Source: Parvularia atlantis (Eukaryota). Taken from it: a stretch of DNA of 20,000 nucleotides. Positions 1 to 10,664 of the stretch are shown here, one piece after another; position 1 is the stretch's first letter; every line of letters starts with the position of its first letter. The notes below the pieces were generated by a model. The model worked only from the letters and a program-made list of their open reading frames with translations. It was not told the origin of the DNA and made no database searches. The DNA lies in contig CALSCO010001118.1 of assembly GCA_943704415.1 (NCBI GenBank), positions 54,228-74,227 of the forward strand. Direction: 5' to 3'. The translations under genes and the position numbers were made by a program.

Positions 1-1770
1 AGCAGCGTGCGGCCGGCATCAAGCACACGCTCGGCGCGGCCGAGAACGACATTGACCAGATCGAGCTGCGAAAGTACCAGCTCGAGCGCCTGCGGTACTA
101 CTACGCCGTGGTCGAGTGCGACAGCGTCGCGACGGCCGTGTCGCTCTACCGCGCGTGCGACGGACTGGAGTACGAGAACAGCGCCAACATGATCGACATG
201 CGCTTCATCCCGGACGACGAGTCGTTCGCGGAGCTGGCACCGCGGTGCGCTTGGACGTGGCGCTGCCAGCCCGCGGCGGCCTGCTGACGGCGTGCCCGCA
301 GCGATGTCGCGACGCATGCGCTCCAGACGTACGAGCCGATCCCGTTCCAGACCAAAGCGCTTCAGCACACCAATGCACGTGCACCTCCGCCGCCCCTCGC
401 CGCTTGCTCGCTGACCGTGCCGCGCCGCGCAGGCCGACCTGACGTGGGACGACGACGACCCGGAGCGCGTGCGCGCGACGCGGCGCAAGTTCACCAAGGA
501 GGATCTGAAGACGATGGACTTCAACGTGCGGGCCGTGCGGGTCGGGCGGTCGTGCGGGGCTGTGCGGCTGAGTGCGCGTGCAGGCCTACGTCGCGACGTC
601 GGACAGCGACGACTACGAGGACGACGAGGGCGCGGCACCGGTCGTCGAGACGGTCGCGCCGGTCGCGCCCAAACCGTCAATGGGCGAGCGGCGTGCCAAA
701 TACCGCGCACTGCTGGAGGAGCTCACGCCCAAGGTTATGTCACGATATGCGGTCCTGCCGCGCGCAGCTGATGCGCGGGCCGCCCGCAGGCGCAGCCCGA
801 GCAGGAGATGGAGATCACGTTTACGACGGGCCTGTCGAACGTGGCCGCGAGCCTGCTAAAGAAGAAGAAGGCCAAGAACGTGCGTGCGCCCGCGCGTGGC
901 CGCACCTGCGCGGCTGAGAAGAGGGCGCACGCGCAGGCCGCAGCCGACAAGACCGTGTGGGAGACGTACCTTGAGAAGCGCAAGGAGAAGCGCAAGGAGC
1001 GGCGGCGGCAGGTCGCCAAGCCGTCCGAGGGCGACAGCGCGAGTGAGGCGTCTGCGGACGACGAGAACGGCGACGACGACGCCGCGGACGACGCCGCCGA
1101 GTCGCGCACGGCCGCCCTCGCCCACGGCAGCAAGGCCAAGCCCGACCGGCGCCAGCGTGACGTCGAAGCCGAGCGGCGCCGCGCCGCCGAGCTCGAGCTG
1201 CTGCTGCTGGACGAGCAGGCGCGGTCGGGCAAGGTGCGAACGCGCGCGGGGGCCTCGTGCGACTGTGCTGACACGCGCACACACTCGTCGCGCCAGCACT
1301 TCCACCTGCGCGAGCTCGTCAAGGCCGAGAAGCTGCGCGACAAGCAGGACAAGAAGCAGGCCAAAGGCAGCCGGCAGTCGGCGGCGGCCGACGCGCAGCG
1401 CGACTTTGCCGTCGACGTGGCCGACCCGCGCTTCGCGGCCGTGTACAACTCGCACCTGTTTGCGATCGACCCGAGCGCCCCGCAGTGCGTCTCGTCGTGC
1501 CGCGGCACCACCGCGCCCACGCTGACCGCGCCCCACGCCGCGGCGTTGCGCAGGTTCAAGAAGACCAAGGGCATGAAGGCCATCATCGACGAGCGCCAGC
1601 GGCGCATCCAGGCCGCGCCGGTGTCGTCCGCCGCGCCTGAGCCGTCGCCGTTCTCGCGCCCAGCCGCCGCCGCCGCCGACGGGCGCAGCCTGTCGCAGCT
1701 CGTCGCCGCCGTGAAGCGCAAGAGCGGGACCACTCGCGCGAAGGGCAAGCGTTCGAAAGTCGATGTGTGA
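1..1770 (+). CDS. ESF1: Pre-rRNA processing protein ESF1, 5'-partial, 7 introns in window
   Basis: Spliced translation gives [20 protein letters not shown]...CDGLEYE...DMRFIPD, ALQHTN|ADLTWD, MEITFT and C-terminal [17 protein letters not shown] (NUC153-like). Introns 245-301, 375-432 (GC-AG), 526-583, 734-789, 880-936, 1234-1296, 1485-1553; TGA ends at 1770. Confidence 0.93.
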
Positions 1771-1795
1771 CCCGATCACACTGCCGTTTTCTGTC

Positions 1796-4108
1796 ATGGC
1801 CGCGACTGCATCGCCGCCTCTCGCCACACCGTTGGCGCGCGCCCTGTCGCCCGCCTCACCCGACGTCACCCACCGGCTCACGGTGGAGCTCAACGTGCGT
1901 ATGGTCGCGCTGCCGTGGTGTGCGAGCGCGCGCTCACAAGCGGCCGCGGCAAATGACGGCGCAGATGCTTGCTGACGGCTCAGGCTCGGCGTCGGTCGCG
2001 GGCGGCGCGTTCCTAGCCACGGTGCACGAGGACGACCTGGCTGGGCTGATGGCGTCGTTCCAGGTGCGTGTGTCTGTGTCCGTGTGCGCGTGCGTGTGCG
2101 GTGCTCACGGGCGCGCGGCGGCGGCGTCAGCGCGCGACCGCCAACCGCGACGAGGTCGAGGAGGTGCTCTACAGGCGGCGGCGCGAGGCCGGCGGCTTGG
2201 GCTGGTTCGTCGGCAAGATATTCGTGTCGTCGCCGTGGCCCGCGGTGGGCGGGACGGCTGAGGCGCGTGGTGCCGGCCCCGCTGCGTCGCACAGGGTCGG
2301 TGACCGCGTGCGTTGCAGATAACGGTCATCGAGCGCGACGTGACGAGCGAGTTTGAGCGCGTGCGCCACATCGAGGCTGAATACGAAAAGTTCAAGTGCG
2401 TCTGGCATACGCGTCTCTCTTGTGCGCAGCAACGGCTGACCGCCCATCGGCCGCGCCAAAGGGACCTATTTGACCAGCAAAGCGACATCTTCTACCGGCT
2501 CGACCTCCAGGGCCGCTTCGAGATGGTCTCGTACGCGAGCCTGGCGCATTGGGGCTTCACGCCGCACGAGCTCGTGGGCAAGCCGTGCTGGGACATGGTC
2601 GTGCCGAGCGACTACCAGAACGCCGTCATCCAGGTGCGCAGGCCCGGCCGCGCGGAGCGGCGCAGGCCGACGCAGCGATACGGCCGCGCAGTTCCAGGGC
2701 TGCATCATCAACAACGCCGTGCCGCGCCCGTTCCTCGTCCGGAGGAGATGCAAGAGCTCGTCGCTCGTCACCGAGCAGATCCAGCTCACGCCCGTGGGCG
2801 ACGCACGCGGCGGCCGCGTCACCCACGTCAACGCTGTCTCGCGCAAAGTCAGCCTCGGCCCGGGCAACGCCAACGCCGCCAGCAGCCTCTTCGCGGCCAA
2901 CCTGAGCGGCCTCCTCGGCGCCCCGCCCGTCCTCGCCGCGCCCGCGATGGCCAGCGCGCCACTATCGCAGCCGGCCCAGCCGCCTCAGCAGCAGCCAGCA
3001 CAACAACAGCAGCAGGTGGGGCACTATGTCTCTTTGCCGCACCCGCCGGCATTTTTGTCGGTGCGTGCGTGTGTGCACCGCGCGATCGCGCGCTCACTGG
3101 CTCGCAGCAGCAGCCGTACGGCGTCGGGTCACCGGGGCTCGTGCTGCCCTTTGCCGACCCAGCGCACATGCTCCCGTCGCCACTGCACTGGCTGTCCAAC
3201 ACGGCCGCGGCGGCAGCGCCTGCGTCGGCACCCGTGGAGAGTGCGTGCGGGCGGCGCGTGCATCTGTGCTGGGCTGAGCGCCCCGCCGCAGACGGGCAGT
3301 ACCACGGCCTCTACGGAGGCGCGGCGCTGATGCAGGCCATCTACACCAACGTCAACACGGGCGCCGTGCACACGCAGCCCGCGGCGGCGGTGGCCGGCAC
3401 GAAGCGCCCCGAGAGCGAGAGCGCAGAACGTCTGCAACAGCTGGACGGCGCAGGCGGGCCCGGCAGCGCCAACGGCAACGGCAACGGCAACGGCACGGGC
3501 GCGGGCGCGGGCGCGGGTGGCGACAGCAACTGGTCGCCGCTGTGGACCGACGACGGCCAGGGCGCACGCAAGCACATCCGGTACAGCCTGGGCGAGGCGA
3601 CGGTGCAGTTGCGACCGGGCGCCGCCCGTGCAACGCTCACGCGCGCACAGGTGTCGCCGATGTCGAACGAGTTTACGATCAACAACGTGGCGATGACGGC
3701 CGTGTTCAACAACGTGCGCGCCGAGGCCGCACGCCACACCGGTGTACGGGTGGCTGAGCCCTGCCGTGCGCGCAGAACCAGACGAAGCGCAAGCCCAAGG
3801 AGTCGCCCGACAAGGTGCCGTGCATCATGTGCAGCACCGTGCGGTCGCTCGAGTGGCGCAAGGGGCCCGACGGCAAGAAGGTGCGGGCGCGGTGCGACGC
3901 GCGGGCGCACGGAGCTCACAGGCGCGTTTCGGCCCAGTCACTGTGCAATGCGTGCGGTCTGCGCTACGCACGCACGCAGAAGGGCAAGGACGGCAAGGGC
4001 GCCAAGGACGCGACGGCCGCGCCTGCACCCGCCGTTGCACCCGTTGAGGCCGCCGCGCCACCGCCAGCCCTGGCACCACCAGACGCCCCCGCAGCCGCAC
4101 AGCCGTGA
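1796..4108 (+). CDS. PAS-PAS-GATA zinc-finger transcription factor (White Collar-2-like architecture)
   Basis: PAS-like VHEDDL...YRRRREAGGLGWF...IERDVT; second PAS DIFYRLDLQGRFEMVS...GFTPHELVGKPCWDMVVPSD; Q/G-rich linker; GATA finger CIMCSTVRSLEWRKGPDGKK|SLCNACGLRY. About 10 introns: 1895-1964, 2064-2130, ~2245-2318, 2396-2461, 2634-2691, ~3061-3107, 3241-3291, ~3603-3650, 3714-3775, 3881-3937. Donors marked ~ are ambiguous. Confidence 0.85.
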
Positions 4109-4158
4109 CCATTCTGATACTTTCTTTACATTGCAAGTGCCCAGTGCGCCTCACGAGC

Positions 4159-5381
4159 TCAGCACCGCGGTGCCGCACTGCGTGACCGGTTGAGCGCGGC
4201 CAGCGCGTGGACGTGCCCTGTGAACTCGACCACATCCGGCGGCTCGTCTGGCGGCGGGCCCGGCACGCACAGCTGCTTGACGTGCCGGCGCAGCCACGGC
4301 ACGAGCACAGCCATGCACAGCTGTGGCGTCTCCTCCTGAGGCATGTGCGCGTTCTGGTCAAACAGGCGCAGCGTCGCGTGGGGCAGCGCGCGCAGCAGGC
4401 GCAGGTAGTGCCGCGGCGGGACGACGTTGTCCTTTGCGCGCGCGACTGCAGTGAGGGCAACGCAGTTTTTTGGCAACTCGGAGGCGCACACCTGGTTGCC
4501 GCCGACAATCAGCACCGACGCGTGCACGCGGGCGAGCTCCTCGCGCGTGAGCGAGACGGGCGCGTTGATGACGGCCTTGCACGCGGCCCAGTACAGCTGC
4601 TGCCAGTTGGGCACAAGGCGGTCGGCGTAGCCGTCGACGACGTCGGGAGTGACAACCGACTTGTTGTAGAACGTCGTGTTGACCATGGCGTCTGCGAGCG
4701 GCGCGCGTGAGGCGTACATGGCGGGCCGTGCGCGCCCGGGCCGCACCCGTGAAGCGCTCCATCATGAACTTGGCCGTCACGGGCATGATCGTGTTCATAA
4801 GCGGCGTGTTGAGCACGCGGCGCAGGCCAAACGGCGCGCCTGCCGCCGCGTGTCAGCTCGCGATGGGGCCCGCACTCCGGCTGGCGCGCACCGCCGATGA
4901 ACACGGCCGGCGCAAACAGGACCAGCCCCGCGACGCGCTCGGGGTGGCCCAGCGCGACCATCATCGCCGTCAGGCACCCGATCGAGTGTCCCACGAGCAG
5001 GACGCGCGCGAGGCCCAGGCGGTCCATGAACTTGAGCACGGCGTCGGCAGCGTACTGGTGCGAGTACGGCATGACCCTTCGCTGGTTGCGGAACGCGTCC
5101 TTTGTGCCGACGGCCGCCCCGCGCGACAGGCCAAAGCCGAGCCGGTCGAGGCAGTAGACGTGCGCGCCGAGGTCGCAGAAGCGCGGCACGAGGTTGCGCC
5201 AGGTGTAGGTCGACCCGCCAAACCCGTGCAGGCACAGGAACGGGGCGAGGTGCACGCCGCCGCCGGCCGGCGCGGTCGGCCGGTGGTGCTCAAAGTGCAC
5301 CTGGAAGCCGTCGATGCTGATGAAGCGCGCGTCGGGCCCCGGGCTGAAGCTACCAAGGCGGCGGCGGAGGCGCTGCGGCAT
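4159..5381 (-). CDS. Alpha/beta-fold hydrolase (Abhydrolase_1/6-type)
   Basis: LHGFGG, DRLGFGLS, nucleophile elbow GHSIG, GGNQ|DNVVP (acid residue) and NAHMPQEETP (His). Introns 4840-4891, 4692-4746, 4432-4491. Confidence 0.9.
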
Positions 5382-5421
5382 AACTGGGAGTGTCGGAAAG
5401 CGGGTCCCGGCGACTAGGGCC

Positions 5422-5429
5422 TGACGTCA
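5422..5429. promoter_or_regulatory. CRE-like palindrome TGACGTCA in the 64-nt divergent spacer
   Basis: Perfect ATF/CREB-type palindrome between the hydrolase ATG (5381) and the subtilase ATG (5446). Function is inferred only. Confidence 0.4.
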
Positions 5430-5445
5430 CGACTCGAAGTTCGCC

Positions 5446-6974
5446 ATGATGGCTCGCGCCGCTCTGGGGATCGCGCTCGTCGCCGCGCTCGCCCTCGCCG
5501 CCGCCGCGCGCCGCCCGCAGGCCGCGGCGCACAACCAGGTGCGCGCGCAGCCCGCAGCGAGGTCGACTGATGCGGGTGGGCGGGCGTGCAGTACGTCGTG
5601 CAACTCGTGCCGGGCGTCGACGTCGACGAACACCTCGCTGCACTCGGCCTATCGCACGAGAACGGCCCGCACCAGCAGCACCTCCACGCGGGCGCGCCCG
5701 GCGGCGACCAGCCGCGCGTGCGCGCCGTGTACCGCCGCGCGATCAACGGCTACGCCCTCCAATGCAGCGACTCGTTCCTGCTCGCGGTGCGCGCGCGCGG
5801 CGAGCGCGAGGTCCTGCGCGTCGAGCCGGACGTCTTTGTCGGCTTTGACGGTGACGCCCCCGCGCGGCCCGACGCCGCGCCCACGCCCGACGCCGCGGAC
5901 GTCGACCGCACCGAGCAGCGCAACCCGCCCAGCTGGGGCCTTGACCGCATTGACCAGGCCCTGCAGCCCCTGGACCAGCTCTTCCGCGTGCGTTTGCAGT
6001 CGGACCCCGCGCGGCCCTCACGCGGCTGCGCGCAGTACCCGGACGTCGCCGGCGCGGACGTTGACGTGTACTCGCTCGACACCGGCGTTGACGTGGAGCA
6101 CCCGGTGCGCGCCGTGCGCAAGCAGGTGTCGCGCGCACGTGCTGACGTGTACGCTCCCGGCCTGCAAAGGACTTTGGCGGGCGCGCCGTCTGGGGCAAGA
6201 CGATCGTCGCGGGCAGCGCCGACGCCGACGGCAACGGCCACGGCACGAGTACTGCGGCCATCGCGGTCGGCACGTCGTTTGGCGTGGCCAAGCGGTGCGT
6301 GTGCAGCCACTGCGCTTCGTCATCTCTGAACCGCGCCGCAGCGCCAACGTGATCGCCGTCAAGGTCTTCAACGACGGTGGCTTTGGCTCGACGGCGGACC
6401 TGATCGCCGGCCTCGACTACGTCATCGCCTCGGCAGAGGCGCACAAGCCCAACCGCGCCGTGGCCATGATGGCCCTCGGCGGCAGCAAGTCACCCGCGCT
6501 CGAGAGCGCCGTCCAGACCGCCGTCGAGGCCGACATTGTCGTCGCCGCCGCGGCCGGCAGCTCGGCCACGGACGCATGCAACTTCTCGCCCGGCGGCTCG
6601 CCGCTCGTGCTCACCGTCGCGGCCACCGACGCCAGCGACAGCTACGCCGGCACCTCCAACGGCGGCCCGTGCGTCAAGCTCGCCGCGCCGGGCGTGCTCG
6701 TGACGACGGCGCGGCCGGGCGGCGGCAACACGACCATCACCGGTGCGCACGGCGCGCGCGCAGCGGCGCATCCGCTGACAAGCGCGCACTGCACACAGGC
6801 AGCTCGTTTGGCTGCGCGCACGCGGCCGGCGCGGCGGCGATCGCGCTGTCGCTCCACCGCGACTACTCGCCCGCGCAGATCGAGCAGCTGCTGATCGACC
6901 AGTCGACCAAAGACGTCCTGCGCAACGTGCCCGCCAACACCGCCAACCGCCTCCTCTTGGTGCACCCGGCGTGA
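5446..6974 (+). CDS. Secreted subtilisin-like protease (S8, proteinase K subfamily) with I9-type propeptide
   Basis: Hydrophobic signal peptide; NQ|YVVQL prodomain; [17 protein letters not shown] (Asp); DGNGHGT (His); [12 protein letters not shown] (Ser); C-terminal NTANRLL. Introns 5539-5591, 5988-6035, 6105-6169, 6295-6341, 6743-6798. Confidence 0.92.
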
Positions 6975-7116
6975 CCGCCGCGCATCGGCAGTGATGTTGT
7001 CCGACTTGCTTTTCTGCTCAGGCTAGCTCTCGCGTATTGAAACTTGAAGTCAGGTTGGCAGTTTAGAGTGACCGTGCGGCCACCTGGTTGACACACAGAC
7101 ACAGCCTGAGTGGCGT

Positions 7117-9066
7117 TCATTTGGCCGCAGCTGCGACTGCAGCGGGCTGGTCGCTCTTCATACGAAGACACTCGAGCATTTTCTTGACGGCTGCAGCGTG
7201 ATCCAGGATACTGGCGCTAGTCCTCTTGCTCGGCTTGCGGGCGCCGCCCGGCCCGGGAGAGGCATCTGGGATCTTCGACACCTTGCCGAAATCGATGAGC
7301 ACTGCCTTTTGGCGGCCTTGAGCATCCTTGTATAGGCCGACATGCCGCCACGTGAGGTCGTCGTGACAGAAGCCGCTTGCCGCAAACTTCAACACAGCTT
7401 CCTTGGCGGCCTGTTGAACATCGACACCCTCGTCAGGCTGGCTGTTGCCGCACATCTTCATGAACGGCATCAAAAGCACCCTCTTGCCCATCAGCTGCAC
7501 AATGCGCACGCCACGGACACCCCACACGTTACTCCAGATGTCCGCTTCTTTTTGGAAGCTCGCGGTGCGATCGTTGCCGTCGTTGCGGGGAAATTTGAGC
7601 ACACATATGTGTCCATTGGTGGCCGCCGCAAGCCAGACGCGTCCACTGACGCCGTCCCCAAGGTGGTGGAGCAGGTAGAATGTCGTGCAGTGCCGCGAGG
7701 GCAAAGGCCACATGGTCGCTTGCCCACTGACCTTGGGTTGCTTCCACGTCCACGAGTTCTTGCTCACCAGAATGACGCTGCGCTGGTCACCGAGAAGATC
7801 GTCTACGCCTTTGGCCACTGAAGAAGACATCATACGCAGGGCAGATGCAATCACCAGCACCGTGTCCGGGTCGCTGGACTCGTAGACAGACGAACCATTC
7901 ATTGCCCGACGGCTGTTTGACTTGGGTGTCACGTTCCCGTCCACTTCGTCCCCGTCCCCGTCCTCGTCCTCGTCCCCGTCCTCGTCCTCGTCCCCGTCCT
8001 CGTCCTCGTCCTCGTTTTCGTCCTCGTTAGTTTCCTCATGACCATCATGCTTGTCGTCAGTCTCCGACACCTCGTCAGGCTCCTCATTGTCAGCCCAAGA
8101 CGGAACCTCGTCGAGGATGCTGCGCGAGAGTTTCGAGTCAGTCGTCGCGGTGGTGCTGAAACGGTCGTCCAGTGGCAGAAGTTGGAAGATGCGCCACTGT
8201 GTGTACGTGGTTGCAATGCCGATGACGTTGTCGAGACCATAGAAATTGCGAAGGCGGTGCATGTAGTCATACAGTTGACCTGCCACATTAGTGTCGCTCA
8301 AGATCTTGTCCTTTGGACGCTTGATCTCAAGGACGCCCACAGGGATGCCGATGCCGTTCTTCAGCACCCAAATGTCCGCTCGGTCGCCGAACACAGACAG
8401 CTCGTTCTGAAAATCGAGTCTAATGCCCTGCGGTAGGATGGAGTTGGCCGCGAGCACGGCCTCAATGTCTTGAAGAGCATTCTTCACGTAGTTGGCCACG
8501 TCGCTTTCACTGCCGTACGGAAGAGCAATATCTCCCTCCGAGTCAACACCTGGTCGCTGAAGATTCTCGTATGTGACCCACAGGGCACTGCGTCGAAGCG
8601 TCTGAATGTCAGCTTTCTTGACAGTGGAGACGAAGCTCCACTCCCTGAGCTTGGCTGGTTTATGCTTCTTGCGCTCCGTGTTCGTCGTGGCAACTTGGCC
8701 AACTGGGTAAGGCGACATTGGCGGCAGACCCTTGTCGATAAGCTTGCGCATGCTGTCGTCAATAGGCGCGGCGGCGGGCTGAGGCGCCAGCGCTCGAATG
8801 GCCTTGAAGAGCTTATTCCGCTCTCCAAACGATACTCGCAGATCACGCAGCACTTCCATGAGAACCTCGCTCGTCAAGTCAAACAAATCACTGCCCTTGA
8901 TGTCCTGCTCGCGGAATCTGTGCACGACGTCTTCGCCGTACCCATTGGACGTCAGCCATCTGGCGACGTCGTCCTTGTTCCAGTCGATGACTTTATCGAT
9001 AGCGAGCACTTTCAGCTGCGAGCTGAGTGCGTCGGCGGAAGGCGCAGTAACCGCCTTATCGCCCAT
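7117..9066 (-). CDS. Intronless SAM-domain + PD-(D/E)xK nuclease-fold + kinase-like protein (Crinkler/RHS-type effector architecture), 649 aa
   Basis: SAM: WNKDDVARWL...FREQDIKGSDLFDLT...L..L.VSFGER.KL. REase-like: SESDV...E...ADIWVL...GVLEIKRP...GQLYDYM...GIATTYTQWR. Kinase: LGDGVSGRVW, VLK, E in FQKEADIW, HDDLTWRH, VLIDFG. Single exon, visibly lower GC than its neighbours. Confidence 0.8.
   Translation of the reverse strand: MGDKAVTAPSADALSSQLKVLAIDKVIDWNKDDVARWLTSNGYGEDVVHRFREQDIKGSDLFDLTSEVLMEVLRDLRVSFGERNKLFKAIRALAPQPAAAPIDDSMRKLIDKGLPPMSPYPVGQVATTNTERKKHKPAKLREWSFVSTVKKADIQTLRRSALWVTYENLQRPGVDSEGDIALPYGSESDVANYVKNALQDIEAVLAANSILPQGIRLDFQNELSVFGDRADIWVLKNGIGIPVGVLEIKRPKDKILSDTNVAGQLYDYMHRLRNFYGLDNVIGIATTYTQWRIFQLLPLDDRFSTTATTDSKLSRSILDEVPSWADNEEPDEVSETDDKHDGHEETNEDENEDEDEDGDEDEDGDEDEDGDGDEVDGNVTPKSNSRRAMNGSSVYESSDPDTVLVIASALRMMSSSVAKGVDDLLGDQRSVILVSKNSWTWKQPKVSGQATMWPLPSRHCTTFYLLHHLGDGVSGRVWLAAATNGHICVLKFPRNDGNDRTASFQKEADIWSNVWGVRGVRIVQLMGKRVLLMPFMKMCGNSQPDEGVDVQQAAKEAVLKFAASGFCHDDLTWRHVGLYKDAQGRQKAVLIDFGKVSKIPDASPGPGGARKPSKRTSASILDHAAAVKKMLECLRMKSDQPAAVAAAAK
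7945..8025 (-). repeat. Acidic coding tandem repeat (DEDE/DGDE)n
   Basis: Plus strand reads tccccgtcctcgtcctcg repeated; encodes EDEDEDGDEDEDGDEDEDGDGDE between the nuclease and kinase domains. Confidence 0.85.
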
Positions 9067-9395
9067 ACTTGAGCTGCTACCCGGGGCTGTTGGCCAGCTG
9101 ACGGCCGTGTGAAGCCGCCGGCGGCGGAGATGAGTCGCTCAGATGACGACCGCGACGGCTGCTGTTTCCATTTCAGCAACAGATGTCTCACGCGCAGCTC
9201 AGCGCACCTTCCCTCCCCTGCACACGTGTAGGTGTGCACTGTCTGTTCGAGACTACGGTGCGGCGGTGGTGCTCAGACGGGTCTGGAGCCGCGGCGCGCC
9301 GGGTCAAGCAAATGACCGTTACACTCTGGATGATTCCCGAAAACTCTCGATCATCCTGCATGAGGAGCGTTCGCGCTCAAGGCGCACCCGCGCAG

Positions 9396-9900
9396 CGTGC
9401 GTGCTGGCCCAGCTCGCCAACGGCCTGGTCGTGCCCAGCAATTGGACCGCGGACGTGTGGACGCGTATGCTCGTGATCTCGGTCGCCGCACGCGCCAGCA
9501 ACAGCATCGCGGTCGTGTTCCGCGTCGACACGTCGGGCGCGGTGCACGCGACTGCCGTAAACGGCTCGTCGAGCCGCATTATTAAGAGCAGCGCGCACGC
9601 CGACATGAGCGTGGACATGCACGCGGCCGGCACCGGCTGCGCCGCCGCGTCGCCCGCCCTGCACCTGCTCGCGACGCGGACCGTCGTCGGCACGTTTGTG
9701 TTTGCGTCGGACGATCTCGGCGTGCTCCGAGTCCACGACGCCTGGGCCGACCGCGCGCTCACGACGCTCGACTGGCGCGCCGACTACAGCTTCGCGTCGG
9801 GCAACGTCACCTCGCCCCGCAGGCCGCTCTTCGCGTGCCAGCCGCGGCCGCCCGCCAACGTCACGATCCTCCCGAGCATAGATGCTGTGAGAACGTTCGC
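9396..9900 (+). CDS. Hypothetical coding segment, gene model unresolved (possible fragment or pseudogene)
   Basis: High-GC3, host-like codons (CVLAQLANGLVVPSNWT...ANVTILPS) follow a branch/acceptor-like gctcaa...cgcag at 9395. Several N-x-S/T sequons. No clear start, and no in-frame stop before the convergent ankyrin gene. Confidence 0.35.
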
Positions 9901-9928
9901 GAACAGTCGCGCCGCTCACCGATTGAGG

Positions 9929-10640
9929 TTAGTCGTGTCCCTCGGGCGCCGGCTCACCCGCGTCCTCCTCGGTCACGACGACGCTGCCGCCAGCCGGCGG
10001 TGGCCCGTCCGCGGCGCCGTCGTCGTCCTCCTCGGCGCGGTACCGCGGCGATTGCACGATAGCCACGCAGACCTCGTCGTGCTGGCGCTGCATGCCCTCG
10101 TCGAGCGGCGTGCGCCCGCTGACGTTCTTGATCTGCTCACGTGCGCGCGCACGCGCATCAGCCCTCCGCTGCGATCTGCGCGGGGCGCGGCAGGCCTGCG
10201 GGTGTGCGCCAAACTCGAGCAGCAACTTGACGACGGCCAGGTGCCCGTTGAGCGCGGCCCAGTGCAGCGCCGTGTTGCCGCCGCTGTTGCGCGCGTCAAC
10301 GAGGTCGCGGCGGCACCGTGTGAGCAGGAACGCGACGACAGCTGCACCACGGCCACCGTCAGCCTGCACGCGTGCACAGCGCGCGCGCGCACGGCCGCAC
10401 CCTCGTGCCCGTTGGCAGCCGCGAGGTGCAGCGCAGTGCTGCCGTTGGCGTCGGTCGCGTTCGGGTTCTGCCCGTGCGCATGCGGTTGCGTGCGCCGTGA
10501 GCCCTCGCCGCACCACGAGGCGCCGCGCGGCACGCCACCAGCTGCAGCCCTGGTGCGTCGAGCAGCTGCCGCAGGTCGTCGAGGTCGCCGTAGCGCGCCG
10601 CCAGCAGCACATCCTCGCCCGTCACGTTGTCACCTTCCAT
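9929..10640 (-). CDS. YAR1: Ankyrin-repeat protein, YAR1-like (Rps3 chaperone)
   Basis: LLAARYGDLDDL, STALHLAAANGHE, NSGGNTALHWAALNGHLAVVKLL, GAHPQ|IKNVSGRTPL and an acidic tail. Introns 10468-10538, 10342-10400, 10133-10195 (GC-AG). The ankyrin call is firm; YAR1 orthology is from recalled similarity. Confidence 0.75.
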
Positions 10641-10641
10641 C

Positions 10642-10651
10642 GCCACGTGGC
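10642..10651. promoter_or_regulatory. G-box palindrome GCCACGTGGC in the 24-nt divergent spacer
   Basis: 10-bp palindrome between the ankyrin-gene ATG (10640) and the OLA1 ATG (10665). Confidence 0.4.
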
Positions 10652-10664
10652 ATATTCTAACGCC

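Noticed and set aside
735..2292. Long minus-strand ORFs (337 and 478 aa) and similar antisense ORFs throughout the window
   Set aside because: They are antisense to recognisable genes, as expected at this GC content.
3470..3520. (AACGGC)n and (GCGGGC)n repeats
   Set aside because: Ordinary low-complexity GN/GA linker coding.
3581..3700. Alternative frame RCRRCRTSLRSTTWR resembling a second GATA finger
   Set aside because: It stops immediately (TGA) and lacks the second CxxC; probably chance.
6975..9260. TIRs, LTRs or target-site duplication around the effector gene
   Set aside because: None found by eye, so it is not annotated as a mobile element.
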